Assembly (NCBI GenBank): GCA_963666565.1
Contig: OY762911.1
Location: 1,951,497 to 2,015,496 of the forward strand
Source: Thermoanaerobaculia bacterium
GTDB lineage: Bacteria; Acidobacteriota; Thermoanaerobaculia; Multivoradales; Multivoraceae
Reading direction: 5' to 3'
DNA length: 64,000 nt
In this document: in pieces, positions 56,706 through 64,000 of the stretch
How the letters are laid out: each line of letters begins with the position of its first letter
Numbering within the stretch: the stretch's first letter is position 1
Translations under genes and position numbers: made by a program
Notes under the pieces: model-generated
Told to the model about the DNA's origin: nothing
Database searches by the model: none
Seen by the model: only the letters and a program-made list of their open reading frames with translations

Positions 56706-58139
56706 TCACGGCGCGCCTCCGGCGGTCGTCGCTCCCTCGGCTGATCCCTCAAGTGGCACCGGCACGAACTCGTGCAGCAGTTCGCCGTCGGCGGCGCGGT
56801 AGAGCCTCAAACGACCGTCGAAGCCGGCGGTCGCCAGTTCGGCGCCGGTCGGGTCGAAGGCCATCGTGTAGATGCCGGCGTTGTGGCCGGAGGCGGTCGC
56901 GGTCCGCTCGCCGGTTTCCAGGTCGTAGATCGGCACCGCCTGCGCGGCGCCGCCGACCGCGAGCCGCTCGCCGCGCGGGTCCACCGCGAGCGCGAAGATC
57001 TCCCCGTCCTGGCGTTCGAACTCCCGGACCAGGGTCGAGTCGTCGGCGATCAGCATCTTCCGGGCGCGGTCCATCCGGTAGTAGTACGGCACGCGGTCCT
57101 CGCCGCCGATGACGACCGCCTCGATCCGCGGGTTCCGAACGACCGCCGCCAGTTCGCCGCGCAGCAGGTTGATGTTCTCGATGAAGGCGCCGCTCGACGC
57201 GTCGATCAGCTTGGCCGCCCGGTCCCGGCCGACGGACACGATCCGCCGTCCGTCGCCGCCGAAGACGACCCCGAGCACCCAGTTCTCGTGGTGGTTCATC
57301 CGCAGCAACTCGCGGCCGCTGGTCGCCTGGTGGATGCGCACCGTGTGGTCGGCGCAGCCGATCGCGAGCCGGCGCTCGTCCGGCGACACGGCGAGCCCGA
57401 ACAGCGTGTCGTGGCAGAGCATGTTCGAGACGCGGAGCTTCCGGTCCTCGACATCCCAGATCTGGATCTCGCCGAACCGGGCGGGCGTCCCGCCGGTGGC
57501 GATCAGCCGCCCGCTCCTGAGGAAAGCCAGTCCCTGGATCCGTTCCGAGACGCTGCCGAAGCGGGCCTCCAGGCTGTCGCCGCCGCCGATCTTCGAGCGG
57601 CGATGGAGCAGCACCTCCCGGTTTCCCGACGCGGCCAGCCACTCGCCGTCGGCCGAGTAGGCCACCGCCGTGATCACCGGCGGCTGGCGGTAGACGATCG
57701 GCCCCGTCGCCGCGCCGAGCCGCGTTTCCTCGGGCGTGTCGTCCGCTGCTCCGGCCGCGATCCAGTCGCCGATGGCCGCGATCTCGGCCTCGGCGAGCGG
57801 TTCCGCCCGCATCGGCATCGCGGGCTCGATCTCTCCCCGGAGCATCCGGAGCATCCTGCTCTCGTCCGGCTTGCCGGCCACGAAGGCGGGGCCGCTCATG
57901 CCGCCGGCGGCGAGTCCTTCGAAGCTGGTCAGGTTGAGCTCGCCGCCGAGCTGCGCCGGCTGGTGGCAGCCCTGGCACCGTTGCTGGATGACGGGCCAGA
58001 CGTCTCGGTAGTAGCTGGGAGCTTCGTCGTCGGTCTGAGCGGCGGCTGGAATCGCCGCGGCCAACAGTGCGGCCGCCAAGCCGAGACGGACGCGTGCCGC
58101 TCGAGCGGTCGTCGGCACCGGCTCGCCGCTTCTCGGCAT
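56706..58139 (-). CDS. Planctomycete cytochrome-c (PSCyt1) domain plus WD40-repeat protein
   Basis: Signal peptide, then YYRDVWPVIQQRCQGCH (PSCyt1 CxxCH), followed by WD40-like repeats. ATG at 58139. Confidence 0.65.
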   Translation of the reverse strand: MPRSGEPVPTTARAARVRLGLAAALLAAAIPAAAQTDDEAPSYYRDVWPVIQQRCQGCHQPAQLGGELNLTSFEGLAAGGMSGPAFVAGKPDESRMLRMLRGEIEPAMPMRAEPLAEAEIAAIGDWIAAGAADDTPEETRLGAATGPIVYRQPPVITAVAYSADGEWLAASGNREVLLHRRSKIGGGDSLEARFGSVSERIQGLAFLRSGRLIATGGTPARFGEIQIWDVEDRKLRVSNMLCHDTLFGLAVSPDERRLAIGCADHTVRIHQATSGRELLRMNHHENWVLGVVFGGDGRRIVSVGRDRAAKLIDASSGAFIENINLLRGELAAVVRNPRIEAVVIGGEDRVPYYYRMDRARKMLIADDSTLVREFERQDGEIFALAVDPRGERLAVGGAAQAVPIYDLETGERTATASGHNAGIYTMAFDPTGAELATAGFDGRLRLYRAADGELLHEFVPVPLEGSAEGATTAGGAP

Positions 58140-58149
58140 CGCGCTCGAT

Positions 58150-58173
58150 GCGGGTCGGAAGACCCGCGCACCC
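58150..58173. repeat. Solo REP unit (same unit as in the 51084 array, with the gcgctcgatg leader)
   Basis: Exact GCGGGTCGGAAGACCCGCGCACCC sequence. Confidence 0.8.
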
Positions 58174-58212
58174 AGTATGCGGCCCCGACTCAGGCGGGTA
58201 CCCACCACCGCC

Positions 58213-59666
<1,454 letters not shown>

Positions 59667-59670
<4 letters not shown>

Positions 59671-62600
59671 CGCAGGTACATGAACTCCTTCAGGTTGAAC
59701 ATGGCGTGCGCCAGTTGGCGCCAGGCGTCGCCGCCCGCGGCGCTTTGTTCCAGCCGGTCCGCCTCGGCTTCGAGTCGCGCGATGCGTGACCACGTGCTCC
59801 GGTAGATGCGTGCCTGCTCCGATTCCGGCGGCGCCTCGACGTTGCCGAGTGCCGAGGCCGCGACGTCGTCGGGGCCCAGGGCGCGGTCGTAGAGGCGGGC
59901 CTGGAGGACGCGCACGGGCACACTCGCGACGCTCTCGAACACGAGTCGCCCCTCCGCGAGCTTCAAGGGAAGCTCCCGCCGGACGCTCTCCGGGTCGGCC
60001 TCGGCGCCGTCGCGCCAGGCGATCCAGGTGCCCTTGAGGTCCCGCGCCAGCACCAGGTGGGCCGGCGCGCCCTCCGCTTCGCCGGCGACCCAAGCCTCAA
60101 GCGTGTACTCGTCGAACGTCCGCCGGATCGGCTTCGTGGCCACGGCGTCCGACGGTCCGAGCCGCAGCGCGCCGTCGTCCACGCGGACTTGCCGGCCCAG
60201 CTTGAGCGGGCGCTGGCCGACGGCGTCGTAGACGCGGCCGTCCTTGGGCGGGTCGTCGAATTCCCAGGCCGCGATCGCCCGGGGCGCCGACGCCCGGTGG
60301 TAGAACCGCAGGACGCCGCGCGTCTTGTCCTCGGTGAAGGCGCGCAGTTCTGCGCTCTCCTCGAGGCGGTCGGCGGCGGCCGCGCTCCAGACCTCCGCGT
60401 CTTCCGCCGGGGGCTCGCGGTCGCTGGCGCTCTGGAGGAACCGCTCGGACGCGTCGAGCTCCGCCTCGCTGGGCGGCCGGCCGAGGGCCAGACGGAACAT
60501 CGCGACGATCCGCTCGCGGTCGTTGCCCAGACCGGGATCCCGCGCGATCCGGTCGCCGAAGCGGGCGGCCAGGTCCATGACCTGGGTGTCGTTCATCATC
60601 AACAGCGACTGGGCGGGCACGTTCGTCCGGTCGCGCTGGCCCTTCGTCGTCACCGGGGTGGGCAGGTCGAGCGTGTGGAGCAGCGGGTCTGGCTGGTTGC
60701 GGATGACGCTCACGTAGACGCTGCGCCGATTCGACCAGCCGGGTTCCGGCGGGGTTTCGCTGGCGGTGACCGGTTCGAGTTGACCGGCGGCAATCAGCAT
60801 CGAGTCGCGCACCGCCTCGGCCTCCAGGCGCCGCAGATGGGCATGGGAGAGGAGGTCGTTTCGCGGATCCCGTTCCCGCGCGGCCGGCGGCGTCGTCGAC
60901 TCGAGCTGGAAGGCCCGAGTCGAGGCCAGGCGCCGCACGAACCTCTTGAGCGACCAGCCGTCGTCCCGCAGCGTCGTCGCCAGGTGGTCGAGCAGGGCGG
61001 GGTTCGACGGGAGTTCGCCCAGCTTCCCGAAGTTGTCCGGGGTGGCGACGATGCCGCGGCCGAACGCGTGCCCCCAGAGGCGGTTCGCGATGACGCGGGC
61101 CGTCAGCGGGTTGCCGGGGTCGAGGACGCTCTCGGCCAGGGCCAGCCGCGGGTGGACCGAGTCGGCGTAAGGCTCGGGATCGATCGCCTCGAGGAACCGC
61201 TGCGGCACGGGTTCGGCGAGCCGCCGGTGGTTGCCCCGCTCCATCAGCGGCTGGTCGAAGCGCGGGCCGGCGAGCACCGCGGGCGAGCGGGTCGGCACGG
61301 GAATCGCGTCCTCCAGCCGACGGATCGACTCGACGATCGGACCGGCTTCCGGCACCTCGTCCGTGTCGTTCGGCAGCAGGCCGCGGCGGACGAAGCTCGC
61401 CAGGAAGCGGGCCTGGGCGTCCGTCATCGAACCGTCGCGCCAGGCCTCGGCGGCGCCCCGAACCGCTTCGCCGTAGCGGGCCGCCAGTTCGGCGCGGTCT
61501 CCGGGCTCGCCTTCCCGCTCGAACAGGGGCGCCGTGAACTCGGCCGGTTCGTTCCGCGGCGGTTCGCGGTCTCCGTCGAGCACGATCGCCTCGGCGATGC
61601 CGAACCAGGAGCGGTCCGACCGCGCGCCGGAACTCTCCCCGGTCATCGGGTGGTCGGCGGCCGTCACCAGCTCGATGTAGGCGTGGTCGCCGTCCCAGTA
61701 GTCGAGGTCCCAGTGCTGCCAGCGCCATTCGCCGTCCGAGAGCGTCTCGATGGGATAGACCTCGCCGCGCTGCGGGTAGTTCTGGACCACGTAGCGCGCG
61801 ACGGCGCCGCCGCTGCCGGCGATGCGGACCGCCAGTTTCTGCCCGGCTTCGATGAAGAAGCGCGGCGACGAGAAGGTCCCGTTGTGACGGTTCGTCAGCG
61901 CATGGGTGTAGACGCCGGCGGGCAGGATGTCGGCGACGATCCTCCTGCCGCCGCGGGCGACCTCGTAGCTGCCGGCGGGTTGCGGCGCCGCATCGGCCAG
62001 GCCGTTGCCGTGCCGGAACCACTCGGCGGCGTCCTCGGCTCGGGCCAGGTCCCAGCGGCGGGCCGCGGGCGCGTGCCGCCGGTCCTCGAGCGCCTGCCGG
62101 CTCTTCTCGTAGCCTTCCCGGAGCCCCCGCCACCGCTTCGCGAAGGCGCCGTCGCCGCGGACATGGCGGGTGAGCGCCCAGGCGTAAAGCGGGTCGTAAG
62201 GCGACTGACCTCCCGCGAGCGCCGCGTTCCAGGGGCCGTCGCCGTCGGGCCGCGCCGGCGAACGAGCGGCGCCGGTGCGGGGCCCCGGCCGAAGGCGTTG
62301 CAGCCTGTCCGGGATCCCGGCGGCGGCTTCGATCCAGGCGTCGGCCAGCACCTGCCTCAACTCGTTCTTGAGCTCGGCCAGTTCGTCCCGGTGGGCGTTG
62401 CGGCGGCTCTCGTCGTCGATCGTGCGGACCCCCGGCCGGCCGTTCACCATCGTGCCGTAGAAGGCGTAGAAGTCGGTCTGGCTGATCGCGTCGAACTTGT
62501 GGTCGTGGCAGCGGGCGCAGGCGACGGTCATTCCCAGGAACGCCTTGGAGACGACGTCGATCTGGTTCTCGGTGAAGCGGACCTGCTCGTCGAGCGCGTC

Positions 62601-63626
62601 GGTGGGGCCGAAGCCGTGCAGCACGAAGCGGTACTGCGCGATGCCGATGGCCGATTCGTCGATCCCGAGTTCCGGGTTCATCCGCGGCTCGTCCAGCAGG
62701 TCGCCGGCCAGGTGCTCCAGGATCAACCGGTCGACCGGAACGTCGGCGTTGATTGCCCGGATCAGGTAGTCGCGGTAGCGCCAGGCGTAGGGAACCGGCG
62801 GGTCGCCCTCGCTGCCGTGGGTCTCGGCGTAGCGGACCCAGTCCATCCAGTGGCGCGCCCAGCGTTCGCCGAAGGCGGGCTCGGCGAGCAGCCGGTCGAT
62901 CTCCTCCGCGACCGCGGCGTCGCGGTCGCTTGCGGCGCGGCGCTCGAAGTCGTCGACCTGGGCCGGCGTCGGCGGCAGGCCGGTCAGCACGTAGGAGAGC
63001 CGGCGCATCAGCACGCGCGGCTCGGCCAGCGGCGCCGGATCGAGCCCGGCGTCGGCCATGCCGCGGGCGAGGAAGCGGTCGATCGCATTGCGCGACCAGG
63101 CCGCGTCGGCGACCTCTGGCGGCGCCGGATCGGCGATCGGCTGCAGGCTCCACCAGCTCTTCCGCTGCTCCAGCGTCGCCTCCCAGGACGTTGCCTGCCT
63201 GAGCGCGTCGGCGCCGGGCGGCTCGTCCCGCGGGTCGGGCGCCCCGATCTCGATCCACCGTTCGAAGTCGGCGACGACCTCGTCGGGCAGCTTCGCGCCG
63301 CCCAGCGGCATGCGGAAGTCGAGGCTCGGGTGGCGCATCGCCCGCAGGAGCAGGCTGGAGCGCGGCTTGCCCGGTTCGATCGCCGGGCCGCGCATGCCGC
63401 CCTCGAGCAGGCCGTCGCGATGGTCGAGGCGCAGTCCGCTCTCCGCGGTCTCGGCGCTGTTGTGGCAGCCGTAGCAGTGCTCGATCAGAACCGGCCGGAT
63501 CCTGCTCTCGAAGAACTCCAGGTCCTCCGGCGCGAACTCGGCCCCGGCCGCTGGCGCGCCGCCGAGCGATGCAGCAGCCAGGATCGCCGCGGTGACGGCG
63601 GGCGAAGTCCTCGCGTTCCGGTCCAT
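59667..63626 (-). CDS. Large PSCyt2 + PSD1 (DUF1549/DUF1553) protein, partner of the second DUF1501
   Basis: Signal peptide. PSCyt2 CxxCH ([11 protein letters not shown]), the DUF1549 motif ([10 protein letters not shown]) and a DUF1553 region ([16 protein letters not shown]). Its stop overlaps the DUF1501 start (ATGA). ATG at 63626; the track ORF is extended to 63986. Confidence 0.8.
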
Positions 63627-63710
63627 TGGAGCGGCGGTCAGTCTACAACGGCGCCGGCCGCGCCGGTCGTGTAGCATGAGTGCCACCTTGACGACTGACT
63701 CGACACGCAG

Positions 63711-64000
63711 ATGACACGCGAAACACCGGAGCGCGAGGCGGAGGCCCTGCGCGAACGAATCTCCAGCCTCAGTTCGGCCATCCTCCGCGTCGGGCGGACC
63801 CTCGACGTCGACGTCGTGCTTCGCGAGGCCGTGGACGGCGCCTGCGCGCTCACCGGCGCCGCCTACGGCGTGCTGGCGACTACCGCGCCGTCGGGGTCGC
63901 CTCAGGACTTCGTCAGCTCCGGCCTTACGCCGGAACAAGCGCGCGCGGTGATGCACTGGCCTGGCAGAAGCCGGATCTTCAAGCACTTCCGCGACCTGCC
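63711..64000 (+). CDS. Partial CDS (N-terminus only): coiled-coil plus probable GAF-domain signalling protein
   Basis: ATG at 63711. LRERISSLSSAILRVGRTLDVDVVLREAVDGACALTGAAYGVL resembles the start of a GAF domain. The frame runs off the window end. Confidence 0.4.
   Translation, partial: MTRETPEREAEALRERISSLSSAILRVGRTLDVDVVLREAVDGACALTGAAYGVLATTAPSGSPQDFVSSGLTPEQARAVMHWPGRSRIFKHFRDL

Noticed and set aside
60057-63674. 1205-aa plus-strand ORF and the overlapping 1053-aa minus-strand ORF 60097..63258
   Set aside because: Alternative frames of the PSCyt2/PSD1 gene. Only frame 59667..63626 carries the CxxCH, CHDHKFD and DUF1553 motifs.

Overview
The window is 64 kb of very GC-rich (about 70%) bacterial DNA with dense, mostly minus-strand coding. 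The gene content (two PSD1/PSCyt plus DUF1501 pairs with Tat signals, a PSCyt1-WD40 protein, PPC-domain secreted proteins, a DUF5916/CBM9-like protein) suggests a Planctomycetota-like, or possibly Gemmatimonadota/Acidobacteriota-like, organism; this is an inference only.

(1) 1-9.6 kb is a surface-polysaccharide locus: a Wzx-like flippase (partial), a GT4 glycosyltransferase, asnB plus an internally deleted asnB paralog, a UDP-sugar dehydrogenase, a HAD hydrolase, a WaaL-like O-antigen ligase and two secreted proteins.

(2) 10-31.8 kb holds housekeeping and hydrolase genes: DUF5916, an MBL alkylsulfatase-like protein, an S9 peptidase, an SSF transporter, a nitroreductase, TrkH, a PQQ dehydrogenase, an esterase, a lipoprotein, a MatB-like ligase, an SDR, DJ-1/PfpI and SodC.

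(3) 31.9-48.3 kb is a rearranged type I R-M defense island. Its hsdM is intact and is followed by a PIN-domain nuclease module tandemly triplicated together with the hsdM 3' end, with the middle copy degraded and a small lipoprotein ORF inserted. Then come hsdS, a 1549-aa NACHT/STAND-like NTPase on the opposite strand, a ParB/Srx-like nuclease-domain protein, and an hsdR inactivated by a 32-bp tandem duplication.

(4) 48.3-63.6 kb carries a DAACS symporter and Planctomycete-type PSD1/DUF1501 modules.

A previously unrecognised (to me) family of MITE/REP-like elements occupies at least 11 intergenic sites. They are about 190 bp, with 24-bp terminal inverted repeats GGGTGCGCGGGTCTTCCGACCCGC that are themselves hairpins. 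One locus is a 4-unit tandem array, and two nearly identical copies flank the nitroreductase gene.

The ORF track contains many long antisense and shadow ORFs (high-GC artefacts); I rejected these.
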